Positions 26,569-41,299 of a stretch of DNA of 64,000 bases are shown here, one piece after another. The DNA is from Octopus vulgaris (Eukaryota): NCBI GenBank assembly GCA_951406725.2, contig OX597814.1:121458001-121522000 (forward strand), given 5' to 3'. Within the stretch, counting starts at the first letter, position 1. Each line of letters begins with the position of its first letter. Both the position numbers and the translations under genes were made by a program. A model generated the notes under the pieces. That model was not told the DNA's origin. It did not search any database and saw nothing but the letters and a program-made list of their open reading frames with translations.

Positions 26569-29500
26569 GTCATTCTTGTTATTTTTCTGTTTTCCCATTC
26601 TCTTTAATGCCGCGAGCACATTTAACAGATGTCACACATGCTTTTGCATCACAAAGAAAAGTTTGGATTTGTAAATAATTCATTTCTAAATTAATGTAAC
26701 TGTTTTTTGCGTGTGTTGTTTTTGTTTTGTTTCGTTCTTTTCAATGTTTGTTAAAATGTATTTCATATTCATGTCTTGAAGTATTAAATCTTAGCAATTT
26801 TTTAAATCTTCACATGGTTAGCAAACTACATTGATATAAAGCACTATATGTCTAGATAACTTATTTTAAGTTACATCTGTATCAGAGAACATTGAAAAGA
26901 AATATAAAATCGATTTTCTAAATAATAATAATCAATATTTTATTCAGAATTTACGTCGAGAATGTCTTTTCATTGAGTTCCTTTCTTTCCCGTTGCTTTT
27001 CCTTTCTTTTTTTATTTTAGTTTCTTCAACATATTTGGAATATGTTCAAATACCATTGCTATAGATGCATCATCGATTTTCTTAAAGATATCACAATACA
27101 CTTGAAATGAATTGTTATCACGGTACAATATCGATCTTATCGCTCGATACATTTCATTGATTACGATATTGTCTTTCAATATTTCGTTTAAAAGATGGGT
27201 AATATATTAAGTTTATAAATGTCTCTGCATTCTTTTTTTTTCTCTGAATGTAATAGGGAGAACTCATTTTGGCCTGTGGCGTGCAGTGCTATTAATTTTG
27301 CCATAAAGTTTTATTCTGCATACTGATATAAAAATAGACGTTTACTTGGAAAAATATTTTTTTTTATATGTAGCCTTGTATCAATATATCAGCTAAGACT
27401 GAAGAAATATGCCAATGGAATATTTCAGAAAATCTTTTCATACAAAAGGAATCTTATCACTTTGTTATAGATAAAGTATTACTGGAATGTAAAGAAAAGG
27501 GAAGCATCTCTGCATGATAGCACTGAGAGTGTTAGAAATATAATTCTACAATTACAAATACAAATTTATACGCAGAAAATTAAACATTATTAAGCTAGTA
27601 AACAACATGCCCGATGTGAATATATTTTTGTCATCATGCAATGAGAAAAAAGATTCAAGTGTTCATACATTCAACAGGCTACACATAATTGAACCATGAA
27701 ATTAATACCATCTAGTTAAAAGAAGTATATATTTTTACATATAGATATATACTGATAGAGAAGAAATAAATTATGTTGCTTCGGATGATATTTATCTAAT
27801 AGAAATCATCATCCCAAACTTTAATATACGGAAGTGTATATGAATTCTAAAATCAAGCAAACCATATATAAAGGATCCAATCACTGCCTTACTGAGTGGA
27901 CACGTAAAACAGGGATTATCGTTCATCCTGTCTACACATTTAAAAGTTGCAGTGAATCGACAAAATAGATAGTTAGAACACCGGAGAAAATTAAAGTCAC
28001 AGCCGACAACTGTGTGTTTGTTTGTGCATTTATATATATATACGATTATTCATGTATATATGTTGTCATATACGTACATATATATACTTGAGTATATAGA
28101 TTTATATATAAGTCTATGCAATAATGTTTATTTATATACCTACACATATATAATATATATATGAATGTATATATATGCATACATTTATACATATAATATA
28201 TATGTATTTACTATATTATGTGTATATATATTATATAATGTTATATGATGTACATATATATATATATCATGTCATATTTTATGATGTATATATATCATGC
28301 TATATTATATGATGTATGATATATATATATATTGACTGTTTATACACGCTAACTTTATCTGTCATAGGAGTTGAAGTGTATTTGATAATAGCGATATCTT
28401 CGGCAATATATACAAAAGATTAAAATGCATGGATACATATTGAATCCTCTTTTTATTTTCCGTTAAATAATATATATTAGCATTTATTTTTCCTACTGAC
28501 ATCTAAATTTATAATGCATATATTTCAATATTATCGATTACAGATTATAACAAATTTATATATGTCCCTTTCAGAGAGAGACATACATGTTGATATAAAA
28601 TAAATTATTTAAGCTTGATAAATCCTTGATATAACTGGTTTTGCCACAATGAAACTTTATTAGAAAATTTGTTTATATTTTTTATTTCATTCTCATAAGG
28701 TTGTTTTGCACGGGTTGCAAGCTGACCTTCAATGTAGCAACATTTTGTATTACTAGAATATTATTTTAGCACAAATATTCCTGGAATTCGAATTCAGTGA
28801 CTTTTCAGTTAATGGTCTAAAAGGAAATTCAATCCAAAAAGAAAAATGTTTAATGAAGCTAAAGGAAAGAAAAGGAAAGAAAACATGTCTCTGGCTTGTA
28901 GCTTACACTGAATATTTTAAATGTAATTATTTTCTAGCATTTTCTTGCTTCAGAAAAATCACAATTCACACGAGATAGTATAAGAATTGTATATCCATCT
29001 TTTCTTTCGTTTCTTTTTTCTTTTGTACATGATTATTCTTGTGCGACTTAGTCATACTTTTTATAGCTTTCCTAAAGTTCATTCGTTTTTTTCTTGTGTT
29101 TTTTTCCAGTAGAACACAATATAAAGGAAGCTGTATCATTGCGATCGATCACATTTAGATTTCAATGATATTTCTTTCAAATTCTCAACTTTCTTCTAAT
29201 TGGAGTAGACACGAAATAAGAAAGTTTGAATACACAATTTTACAACGCTTCTTATTCAGAACGACTGATATGTTATGTCCTCAAGGACATAACATATCGT
29301 TTATTGCACATTATTTCTCTTCCGAAATTGAAGCGCCTCTTAAATATTTACATACTCATCAAATACGTATCATTATTGTTGCATTTCCACCATAATTACC
29401 TGTCTACACTGTTTAACCTCTAAGCCATACTAAAGAAGAATTTTCATAGACAGGGCCGAAAATTTATTCCCCAATGCTGACTACTTATTCAAGCGTAAGT

Positions 29501-30834
29501 TTGTAGAGCTTTCAGATACTGGAGCGAAATGATATAAACAAACTCATAAGTGTCGTGAATATTGGTGTAAAATCTTTTGTTATGATGCAAATACATATAG
29601 AAATTTATTTAGTTTATTCCCACTTGACCAACTACCAGAGTGTGTTATATTAAACAAGATTATGTGGTAACATATGCATACCGAGATGGTTGGCTGAAAT
29701 TCAAGTTTTTTTCCCATCAGATTGACACTTATACAGATATTGAAGAGTACAGATATTGGACAGTAGTGTGTGCTCAATATATTCGTGTCCTACATCGGAG
29801 CACATGTAAATGGTATACTCCCAATGGTATATATATAGTTAATTATACATATAAGTTTTTATATTACATGATCTATGTCAATATACAATAAAAAATTACT
29901 TCGAAATTATTTTACTCTTATTGTATAGATAATGTCTCATATATTGAAAAATATAGATACGCATTCTGAAGATGACATCCAAATAAGAGACGCTCACAGA
30001 GCTCTCACCACATTTAACTTTGACTGATGTCGTCTGAAATGCACGTGACAAACGCAAGAATATTTCGAAAAGCATAACGCTAATTCTCCACCATTCTGTT
30101 ATTAAAGGATTTTTTAAAAACTGTTATTAAATAAAGAATTCATATCGATAATATATTTAAACAACAAAAATACGTGATTTGCATAGAATGTACCCCAATT
30201 AAACAATTGCGATTTCAACATTAAAGATCTATAAAGCTCGTTAATAATGAGTATAGGTTTTTTTTTCTTTTTTTTTTTGTGATAACCGAGATTAGTTTAA
30301 TACGTAGATTCATGAACAATTGTGAATAAATACATTGTAAACCTCCATTTCTTTTTGCAAACATTGTCTTACCATGTCTAGGGAACATTATGCTTAAATA
30401 TCCAATTATTACTTATTTGTTTCGATGTACATTAAACACTTGATCCCAAAATTGAAATAGACAGCAATAATGAAAAAAGAAAAGGTATTTCGGAACAGAA
30501 CGCCATTTTTACAGTAAAATAATCCTATAATAAATCAAGCTGGAAATAATGAGGCATTACTTTGGCACGATAAGAAGAATTCACTTTGGTTTAGTTCTTT
30601 ATACGTTACAACTACCAACAAGATAACGTATTGATCACAGCTTATCAGATGCGGTTATTTGCGATAAAACCAGCTCATAGAATGTATTTGTAGCGACGTG
30701 GGTAATTTATATTTTGTTTATTTATTTTTGCATAAGCAAATAATAAAGATTATTTCTTCTGAGTACATAGCCTGCAATAAACTTGCGCAACATGCAAAGT
30801 GGATATGTTGAATCATCTGCATATCAACCAAGAA

Positions 30835-31190
30835 TAACAATGCTTTTAGAAATGCTGGAGTGTGGGAATTGTGTCTCTTTACATAATGCAACGAGATATG
30901 ATAAGACGCAGTTACACAGTTAAAAATCAGAGTATTAATTTCGCCTGTAGATTGGCATATTTTGGTCATATTATGCGGAGAAAGTCCATGGAGAAGGACA
31001 TCATGCTCGGAATGGTCAGTGGCAAGAGAGGAAGAGGCCGACCAAGAACCCGATGACTTGACACCATCAAGAGTGACACGGGAATGGCTATAGCCAATCT
31101 GAAAGAAGCGACCCAGGGTAGAACTGGTTGGGGAACGCTGATCCATCGAATAATCGAGAGTCGACTTCGACTGAGCGGATAGAGAGAAAG
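30835..31190 (+). mobile_element. RTE-clade LINE 3' end
   Basis: LAYFGHIMRR.SMEKDIMLGMVSGKRGRGRPRTR*LDTIK..., the FGHxxR / GxRxRGRP / W.D motif series of RTE ORF C-termini. Confidence 0.9.
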
Positions 31191-31334
31191 ATAGATATTA
31201 GCATTATATTCTTGTTGTTATTTTTACTATTACAACATAGAAAAAAACATTCACAAAAAGAATATCAAAAGCTAATATCGATGTAGGTACAAAGATACCT
31301 ATGTGTTACGGATAAGTTAATACCATCTACCACA

Positions 31335-31915
31335 CAAGTTTGTTATCTACGTTGAAGTGAGGAAAAAGTTCATCTCGAAGGAATTTGAACCCAGATCGTG
31401 AAAAACTGAATCACATAATGCAAAGTATTTCTTCCAAAGCTTAATGTAACATCCGAACAATAATAATGTTTTAAAAATCTTTTTTTGTTTTAAAACCTAG
31501 ATAATAATTCCCACCACACAAGACCTCGCATGCAAAGGAGGTTTGTAGTCCATTATTATATCAAGCCTGATAAACTACTTATACTTTATTCTATTGCTTC
31601 TACAAAGAAGGAAATTTAAAGCGCAGATGATATCGCCATATCTTGAAATCAACGTAAACAGCCAAAACAAATAGCGCATTGCTTTTGCTACGATGCTCCA
31701 AAGATTCTTTCAATCTCTAATATTAACAATAATATTAATGACTAATTCTAACGATTCGACATATTTTGGCAGGTTTTGTCGAAAATACGATCCAGTGCTT
31801 ATTCAAAAGTTTATTTTAACAACGCCAAAACTATGGAAGTCAAGTTCGGATTTCAACTTCCAAATTAAAATTCGAATTAAATACCGTGTGGTAGATTGCC
31901 CAATACTCAAATGAT
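31335..31915 (-). mobile_element. Cluster of very degenerate family A-like SINEs
   Basis: GGAATTTGAACCCAGATCGT at about 31380 plus two weaker collinear remnants. Confidence 0.45.
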
Positions 31916-31934
31916 GATGCTAATCCACCATGTT

Positions 31935-31944
31935 ATTATTATTG

Positions 31945-32004
<60 letters not shown>

Positions 32005-32620
32005 TTTATTTTTATTTAAGACGTTGCACAGTATCCTATATCAGGATGTTGCTGATTAAAGATAGTGTGTGTACCGGGGGTTGTACTATCTGTCAAGTCA
32101 TAAGGAGCTCAAACAGACAGTACTTTACGCAATATGCGTGCACTTCCAAGTAACGCCAATTTTTCCAATACACCTAGATTGGTGGCGCATTTTTGAAGTA
32201 TCCAGATGTTTTTTCAGGTTGGATGGTATTGAACCAATTGCTCCGATGACAATAGGGACAACCTTTATGATTGACTCTCGTAGCTGCTAAATCTTAACGA
32301 TCTGAATTCGTAGGTCCCGATATTTATTAATATTTTCTGTTTCTTTCACGATAATATGTCACGTCGATTATTAGATACACTCGTTCCTTCCTCCTAAAGG
32401 TAACTACATGCGGCCTTCAGTGCTCTAACACATTGTCTGTCTCGAAGTCAAAGCCCCAGAGGATTTTTGCTTTATTTAAGCCCATTACCTTTTCTGGTCT
32501 ATGTTGGTATCAAACACCTATTAACTAGTATTCATACATCCGGCATAGTAGCCAGTAAAGGTGTTGGGTTATCTTATTGTGTCTGGGCTTGTACTCTTTC
32601 TGCGCAAGACTTTCCCAGGT
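31935..32620 (-). mobile_element. R4/Dong LINE 3' portion with (TAA)n tail or target
   Basis: LAQKEYKPRHN, KILWGFDFETD..LEH*RPHVV, KYRDL, KVVPIVIGAIGSIP, LALLGSARILRKVLSV*; 3'UTR runs into (TAA)n. Confidence 0.92.
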
Positions 32621-32719
32621 ACTAATGCGTACAACCATTGCAAATAGGCAGAGCGAGCTCACTCCTCGACGTATTCAGAAACAAAGAGCTGGTGTATTTA
32701 CATATATGGCGTCTTTAAC

Positions 32720-33230
32720 AGTACAGTGCAAATGTATGGACCTACCAGATTACCCAGACGGTCCAATGTACCACCATGAAATCATCCATTTAAATAAAAA
32801 ACGATGAGGAAATAATATTTTATACAGTATCGTAAGAAAATACTGGTCGATATCAAAGCAACGAAAGCACTGAGAAATATACTATCCAACAAAAAAGGCT
32901 TATGCATGATGTTTAGTTTACATTCGACCAAGCCCCTAAAATCATAAAATTATCCAAGCAGCCACGTTCAATACAAATGTAGAATCTCTGCGTATACTGA
33001 ATCTACATTAAATTAAAATATGATCTTTTGGAAAATAGAGTTAATCACTTAATAAATTGATATAGTATGGAGTATTTTGATTGGGGTCAACACAACAAGC
33101 ATTGGTACGGATGTCCCAATGGAAAACAATTTGCCTATCATTAAGTATTTACATAATCATAGAGAATATGAGTTTCGATAGAAATATCAATGATATTATG
33201 AAGAGCAATAATCTCAATAGAAATTTATAT
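32720..33230 (+). pseudogene. Possible decayed Penelope-like reverse transcriptase remnant
   Basis: Traces MYG...NVP, TFD, VPMENN (GIPMGTN-like), RNINDI (RYIDDI-like) in order, with many stops. Confidence 0.3.
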
Positions 33231-34149
33231 CAATAGAAATCGCTACAATTTTGTGAAGAGTGACGTCTTCTAAGATATGTATAGCATCACAAAGATACAT
33301 AAAATACAGTGATTCTCCGTGTATTTTTGTAAATTTTGTTGCTATATATTGATTAGTAATCATTACATCATGTAAAATGGATTGTCTTCATGAATACCAT
33401 ATATAAAGACTTTATATTTTTTCTTGCATTCCGATATATTTTATATATCAATGGTGTGTGCTGAGTTTTTGTTCGTGTAACGGCATACTCTAGTCAGAAT
33501 CAACAGCATATTAAATCTCTATATTGGGCCTCTATGAGCGTTCATGACCATATTGTCAGTGTGTTGTGCTCACAATATTAAGGTCGAGAGTTCGATTCTT
33601 ACACACGTGTTTCCGATTCACGCAACTGAAATATGAGTGCCAGCCCAGTACTAATTCAGTCATTTCTCACTCCAGCTATACTTTGAATTTTCAATATTGA
33701 ACTGAAAATTGCGTCAGTGATTTTTATCTAAGCCTGTTCGTGGCTAAATAGTTATTCATAATAAAAAAAAAGAAAAGGACGCATAATACACGCTATTAAG
33801 TCATACTTGCCTTCGAGTGACAGACTTAGTTTGACGAGACTCAAAATAAGAATACATAATGTGAATTAAATTAAATTATCCAATATTAATTATGACAAGA
33901 GAAATAATAAAGATTAATGTAGCTTCTTCGCTCTTAGTATTATATTATTTTTATAGACAATGTTAAAGATATTAATGTGGAGGCATATTATTTCTACTAT
34001 AACTTTTTCAATTAATTTCTGTTTTGTAATTTTTAAGATGCCATTCAAACAGCGTAGAAAAAATCTACTACTATGATGTCGGTAGAATACTGGTATTATT
34101 TTATCGACATATAATTTATTCGATTCAGTTAATGGGTGACATCAGACTA

Positions 34150-34386
34150 TTGGGTTGGTGCATAATTATTGCGGGTTTTTTTTTCCAAGAAAACCAATAA
34201 CAATATTTAATAAAAAAAAAACCTCTTTAAAACACAGTCTGCCAAGAAAATGGGAAGCAGTAATTGACGTAGATAGTGAACATGCTACGGAAAAATCATT
34301 TAAATATGTTTTTGTTACGTGTTGTTACTGCTTTTGTAGAATAAAATTTGTTGAAAAAAATCTGCAATAATTATGCACCAACCAAA
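34150..34386 (+). mobile_element. Mariner-derived MITE
   Basis: TIRs TTGGGTTGGTGCATAATTATTGC / GCAATAATTATGCACCAACCAAA, TA on both sides; retains SLPRKWEAVIDVDSE (mariner C-terminus). Confidence 0.92.
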
Positions 34387-35052
34387 TACATATGCTAAAA
34401 TAGCTATAATTTGTTAGAAGAAACTATTCTACAGAATTTCAATGAAAAGTTAGAAACCCATGAACTTCGTAGGTTATCTCATACTATAAGGAAATACGAA
34501 ATATAATACGTATATGATCGGTTGCAGCTAACCCTATCATCGTTCCATGCAAAAGATCCCAGCTGGAAATGTGTGATCATGTATAAACTAATAGTAACGA
34601 GGATAAACCCCAATACATATACTGGAGTAATATAAAAATATAACTACATATATATCTTATCCTACCACGCTGTTCTCTATAAAGAAGTGTAAGAGTATTC
34701 TCCATCCGTTTCAATGAGGAATATTACAGGTTTACATCATTGAATTGTTGTATAACTACATGATTACGTAGGGATAATAGCGCCTTTAACGTAATTCCCT
34801 GGTAAAGACACCGTGACACAATAGCAAATAAAGTATAATTTTCAGATCAGAGGTGCAATTCATTCGACGCCCTTCCGCAATACTGACATTCACTCAAAAA
34901 TTTTCCAATGTACCATGCAGAGGATCACAAATGATATTTCATCCTTATTGCGAAGTTAACTTCTTAACGATTCGGTCATACCTGCGCCTATGTATATGTG
35001 TATGCATGTCTTTATAGGCATCTGTATATATATATATAGAGAGATAGAGAGG

Positions 35053-35149
<97 letters not shown>

Positions 35150-35487
35150 TGATTGGTGTGAGTTTATGTGCATATATACTAGGGTATATGTAAACAGATA
35201 CACATAATGATTTGCAAAACTCTAATTACTAGCTATCTTCCCTGTGATTTTTAAAGAGCTTCCAGCAGTCCCTTGTATTGTATAACTTTATGATAACATC
35301 ACACTTCTCAATTATATATTGCCTGTCATTACACCTGACAAATCGCCTAGAAGATAATGCATTTCAAGAACCTACCCAATAAGGTAAAATTAAATCCATA
35401 ATTTCAATATAGTACTCAGTGCAGAGTTCATCGTGTTTAGCAATAATAAATAGAGACATACATACAATGATAATAAATACCCTTACA

Positions 35488-35540
<53 letters not shown>

Positions 35541-35631
35541 GTGAACAGAATTAGAGATGGATATATAAATAAACGAATATATATATATATATATATATAC
35601 AGATATATGTATACATTATATATGTACATAC

Positions 35632-35674
<43 letters not shown>

Positions 35675-36449
35675 CATACATATATATATATATATGTATA
35701 AATATACATGAATGTAGATATAAAAGAAATGAGAGAAAGAGATACAATTCACGAGTACCAGGTAAATATATGTGTGCGTGAGAGTGGGGGTTGTGTGTGT
35801 ATGTGTATGTGTGAGTGTGTGTGTGTGTATACTCACATGGCAAAATAGGTAATTTATACCCGGAGTAGATCAGAAAGAATGCAATAAGTCTAAATGTTTA
35901 AAACATTACTGTAGTGCAGCCTAAAGCACTTTGTGTTTGGATATATCTACTAATTTAAAGGGAAATAAATATTACATGCAAATTCAGAAACGATGCAATA
36001 TTTCAACCGCTAATTTTCCGCCTTATTCTATTTAACATATTCCAAAATATAAACTACGAACGAATTCATTAAGATATAACGCGTTCCATAATATCAGATT
36101 ATTATCAAATACGCTATTCCGAAATTCATTATTTGAAGTAATCAGTCATCTTTTACATACTCACTCACAAATACTCACATAGGCGTATGTGCATCTGTTT
36201 TGCACGTAATAATGCCTGAACATGGTTATTGCTTTCTTTTAAGCTGAAAGGTTTCGAGATAGCAAGCAATGATATTTATGTTCTATATATCTCATTTCAA
36301 ACAGCTGCAGATACGTTATCTAAGTCCAATACACAGTATCTACATTAAAAGCATAATGTTTGAAATCAGCCGAGGAACAATACTTCTGGATAATCTCACA
36401 ATTTTCCTATTGAAAAGCATTTAGCTTTCAATAGCGCCAACAACATAAC

Positions 36450-36487
36450 AATATTATTATTATTTTTATTATTATTATTATTATTAA

Positions 36488-36551
<64 letters not shown>

Positions 36552-36601
36552 GTTATTATTATTATTACTATTATTATTATTATCATTATCATTATTATTA
36601 C

Positions 36602-36672
<71 letters not shown>

Positions 36673-36690
36673 GTAATAATAACAACAACA
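36450..36690. repeat. Adjacent (TTA)n then (TAA)n arrays
   Basis: Polarity switches at about 36600. Confidence 0.97.
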
Positions 36691-36691
36691 G

Positions 36692-38160
36692 CAATCTTTA
36701 TCCACGTCGATAGTTGAATGCGGATACTTCCAAGTCCACCAATGACTACTGGTATCATGTCCACTCTTGATTGTCCCGAGCCTACATAATTCCCACTTCA
36801 ATTTTTCACTGATCACATTTTCTTTTTCTTTCTCTTCCATCGCTTTGTCACCAGGAAATGTTATGCCGATTATCTGGCGCGTATATTCTTTTCTGTTCAC
36901 CAGAGCAATGTCAGGTTTCTGAAACTTAATCTGATAGTCACACTGAGTCATTGCATCCTGTAGGATTTTGCAATCTTCATTCTCAGTAACTCCCTCTAGG
37001 ATTTTATCATACTACATTAGGCTATAATTTCCACAGAGCTCCCAATGGATCATTCTTGCCATATTATCATCTCAACTTTTGTATTCGTCTGGCGCCTATT
37101 TCGGGCATTCAATAAGAATGTGCCATACTGTTTCATCCATCTATCCAAACATTCTGCATCTGTTGTTCTAAGTAGTATTATCAATTCGTCACTTCGCATA
37201 CTTTGCCTTCGATGCTTCTTATTGCATATCAGTGCTTCTGTTTCTATTATCAGATCATTTCTCTGCATCCATGACCATCGACCTCCTGTATCTGTCTTAT
37301 CGTTCTTAGCTCTTGGAAAGTGACCGTACATTTTTTTCTTTCCATGCCATTTCTTATTTCATGTGTTCTCCTCTATAAATTCCTCTTTCTTAACACAATT
37401 ATCAATTTCGATTATGCCAGACTTCATCACATGTATCGACAACGCTTCCACGGTACTTTCTATACACTGTACTAAGCTGTTTTCCTCTACTTCAACACAA
37501 TCCTGTCAACTGATAAAGCCTCTCTCACCATTTCAACCTATCAGCGTCACTCTTGTGATAGAACGCTCCGTGCACTGTCAATAGTTTCCGTGTCTTCGTA
37601 TCCATACTCAACAGTTCTTTCTTTGCCAGTTTATGATTCCAGCACTATAATGAGGTGATGCTATCGCCCATGCTTTTACTTCTTGGATTTTATTCCATCC
37701 TGTCAATTTTGAGCGCAGCACTAATTTTACTCTTCGGAAACATTATTTCCGCAAATCATCTTTCACTTCACTCATTGAACTGTTGTATGCTTACGTATGT
37801 ATAGTCTTATGTTTAATTCGTTTCATCACTTCTCTATTTGATTATTCTATTCCTGCCAAGGAATGAAGCTTGCCTCGTTTCAGGCACTTCATTCCGCACT
37901 TCCTGAGTTGGAATTCCATCTTAACATCAGCACTAAAGCGGTGGACCATATTCACCAAGGAATATGCCATACATATCCAAATCATCCATGAAGAGGACAT
38001 GGTTCATTATTTGTGTTTTTCCCTTTAACTATTATCCCAGTACCAATGTCAGAGTGATTATGCAAAAGTACTGAAAGCAATGGAGATAAGCTATCTCCTT
38101 GGAAAATCACTCTCCTGATGTCCAAGATGCGCAAAAATGTGTACGTACGATGCCAAATCA
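36692..38160 (-). mobile_element. Decayed R4/Dong LINE, RT to RLE
   Basis: IFQGDSLSPLL (about 38100), NHVLFMDDL (about 37990), MYGHF, ETEALI, QCDYQIKFQKPDIALV, IPVVIGGLGSI; many stops and frameshifts. Confidence 0.93.
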
Positions 38161-38199
38161 TTTATGCAAAACATCATACATCAGGAAACATTGCTACAC

Positions 38200-38379
38200 A
38201 TGTAAAGATTTGTATAAATGTAAAGATTGAATAACTACAGAGATCAGCATTGTTTGGAACTGCAACAGTTCTCTGAAAGGATCTTAAAGCATGTTCAGTA
38301 AATAAGTGTCACCTTAGTCTGTTGGCTGTGGACAGCTGACACTTGCATCAAAGCCAGCAAAATAAGCCGAGAGTTTTCA
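38200..38379 (+). mobile_element. R4/Dong LINE extreme 3' end; second copy of its 3'UTR at 38897-38975
   Basis: SALFGTATVL (ALLGTARIL-like) then UTR into a (CAA/TAA)n array; AGTCTGTTGGCTGTGG...AAGCCAGCAAAATA occurs twice. Confidence 0.75.
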
Positions 38380-38443
38380 TAACAACAACAACAACAACAA
38401 CAACGATAATAATAATAATAACAACAACAACAACAACAACAAC

Positions 38444-38485
<42 letters not shown>

Positions 38486-38503
38486 TATAATAATAATAAT
38501 AAT

Positions 38504-38810
38504 GAAAATTGGAATATGAAAACTGTAAAAGTTATGTTTGTAATGAGTGTTGCATTAGGAATTTTCAGTAATGATGTAGACAAATGTTTGAAGGGGGTTG
38601 GTATCGAATGTCCCGTAGAGCTTCTAGAGAATATTTGCGTCTTAGGGACAGGAAATATTATCAGAAATGTCTTGAGCAATTGAAATATTATTGAAAGCTT
38701 GTGGATATCTAAGGTTACAAATATTAACCCGGAGTAACATGCTACCCACAGAAATTCTACGAGGGAGAAGACCGAACCTGACTCAAATTGAATAATTATA
38801 ATAATAATAA
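38504..38810 (+). mobile_element. R4/Dong LINE C-terminus flanked by (TAA)n on both sides
   Basis: WNMKTVKV...ALG...VLGTGNIIRNVLSN*; TAA arrays at 38400-38503 and 38791-38810. Confidence 0.82.
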
Positions 38811-40094
38811 TACAGCTTTCTCAAATACACATGTCATGCATTTTCGTATGATGTTTATAAGGGAAGTCAAAATACTTAGATAAATCCAAATTAATAAAGC
38901 ATGTTCGGTAAATAAATATCCCCTCAGTCTGTTGGCTGTGGGCATCTGACATTTGCATCTAAGCCAGCAAAATATTATGAAATATATTTCAAAGTAAATG
39001 GCAACTAAAATCCCATCACGGTATTCAAATTACTATAATTAAACAAAATGAAAAGTGTGGCGAAAATACGTATGATTGACTGGAAGTTGAAACGATGCTA
39101 ATTTGAGCATAGTTTGATCTTGAAATTCGTTGTAAATTGATTTAAGTCTATGATGACCAACAACGTTTGTAAATGAAGAGACTATCGCAGAATGCAACAA
39201 AATAACAATTCTAGACTGGAAGTAAAAATATACGAATACGATTGAAATATTGGAAGCTTTTACACAGTGAAATACAACTACTTCAAATATGAGAGTACAT
39301 TTCTTTTATAGAGGCATGCACTTTTAGCGAAACTTACTCAGTCATTGTAGAATATGACTGACACCAGAATATACTGTGACCGTGAACACAAAATATTCTG
39401 AATACAGACTCCATATTCAATGTCTTTCTCGTTTCAAGTAGTTTGTTGTACATTCCATATCCTGACTGACATCCACTTAAATTTGTTACATGAAATAATT
39501 TTTAGAAAGAAATTTGCAATGACTCGCATAAACATAAAGACTCTTTTAAATATAATGTTCATATTTTTGCTTGCACCGGTGAATGAAATATCTTGACAGA
39601 TACATACATACATACATACATACATACATACATACATACATACATACATACATACATACACATATACATACATACATACATACATACATGGATCAATGTT
39701 CTTTGTTTTGTTTTTTTGGTGCACATTGCTATTGGAGCGGCCATGATTTCATTGTGAAACCAGAAAGAGAAATAACTCAAACTCCGACCGGGTGTCCACA
39801 ATAGTACCAACTATAAGCACGCATACACAGACGGAAGTGTGACAATAATAATGATATGCTTCGGCGAAAGGGCTGATAATATTTGACTTTCCCTCGTATA
39901 TGTGTATGCATGTATGTATGTATATATATCTATATGCCTAATATATATATATATATATATGTATATGATATATATATACATGTATACATATATATATGTA
40001 TATATATATATATGCATGTATATATATATGTATATATATATATATGTATGAATGTATGTATGTATGTATGTATGTATGTATGTATGTATGTATG

Positions 40095-40135
<41 letters not shown>

Positions 40136-41299
40136 GCGTGTGTGTTCGCGTGTGTATAACCTATACCAAATTATGTATGCATTAAGTCTTGCATATAAAC
40201 GTTCGAGTTGGTGAGCGCACCCATATGCATCGTTGTTGTGTTTACAAGGGGAACCTGTTTAAAAGACAATCGTAGTGTTATATATTGTATTGATGTCACT
40301 CAACTATATTTAGTAAATATGAATTTTTAATCGGAATGAAGATTAAGATATGAAGTATTGATAGCAAGGGATGTATAATATGAATCGTTGCAAAACATTA
40401 TATTGTCATATTTAATTACATCACTGATATTAAACATAATTATCTGAAAATATATTCGCATGTCCTCAACAGAAATATACATCTCTTAGTATTCTTCTAA
40501 TTCTTTGAAAATATATTTGCATGATATTCTGCACAAAGCATATATTTCTTACCTGAGCATATAATAAACTTACACAAATATTCTTATTTGCAATTTATCT
40601 TAATCGAAACTATACATGTCAAAATGAAGGTAACATATCTTTCATTACATAAACTTCAATATAGATATGTTTATTGTCATATATACACATTTACATATTT
40701 ATCTTATTTTTAACCCGTTATCTCATTCTTTTCATATATAAATAAATATATATAAGTTTGTGTGCATGATTCAAAAAGAAAGTGATATGTGCGTGTGAAT
40801 GCATGTGTGTGTGTGCGTGTGGGCGAGCGTGTGTGTATTGCACATTATATTCGCGATTTTCCATTCCATTCACTTTCATTTACACGGACATTAATCTGAT
40901 AAGGAATTAATTTATAATTTCTTATTGTACAATTTCGGTTTGGATGATTCGCTTTTAGCTGAATTTCAATGAGTCTGAAACCGAAGAGAGAATTTGAAAA
41001 ATGTATAAATATTTACAATACTGTTCAAAATATATTGTAATATCCAAAACGATGTATTTTGTAGCAACATCAACGAATCACATCCATGTTCAATATTCAA
41101 GACGATAAAGTCACATAATATTTTCCCGATTTTAATTCTTTAACTCAATACTAACAATTATGTTTTGAAATTGGCATAGCTTATTTTGATACCATATATT
41201 TTGAAAAATATCTTGAAATAAAAATCTTTGAATATTAATATGAATTAAATATCAAGATTATTGTATATCAATCCAATAGCCCCGTGATACTTTAATCAT

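Noticed and set aside
27483-27496. 14-nt match to the 5' part of miR-1 (TGGAATGTAAAGAA)
   Set aside because: 3' part diverges and there is no complementary arm nearby
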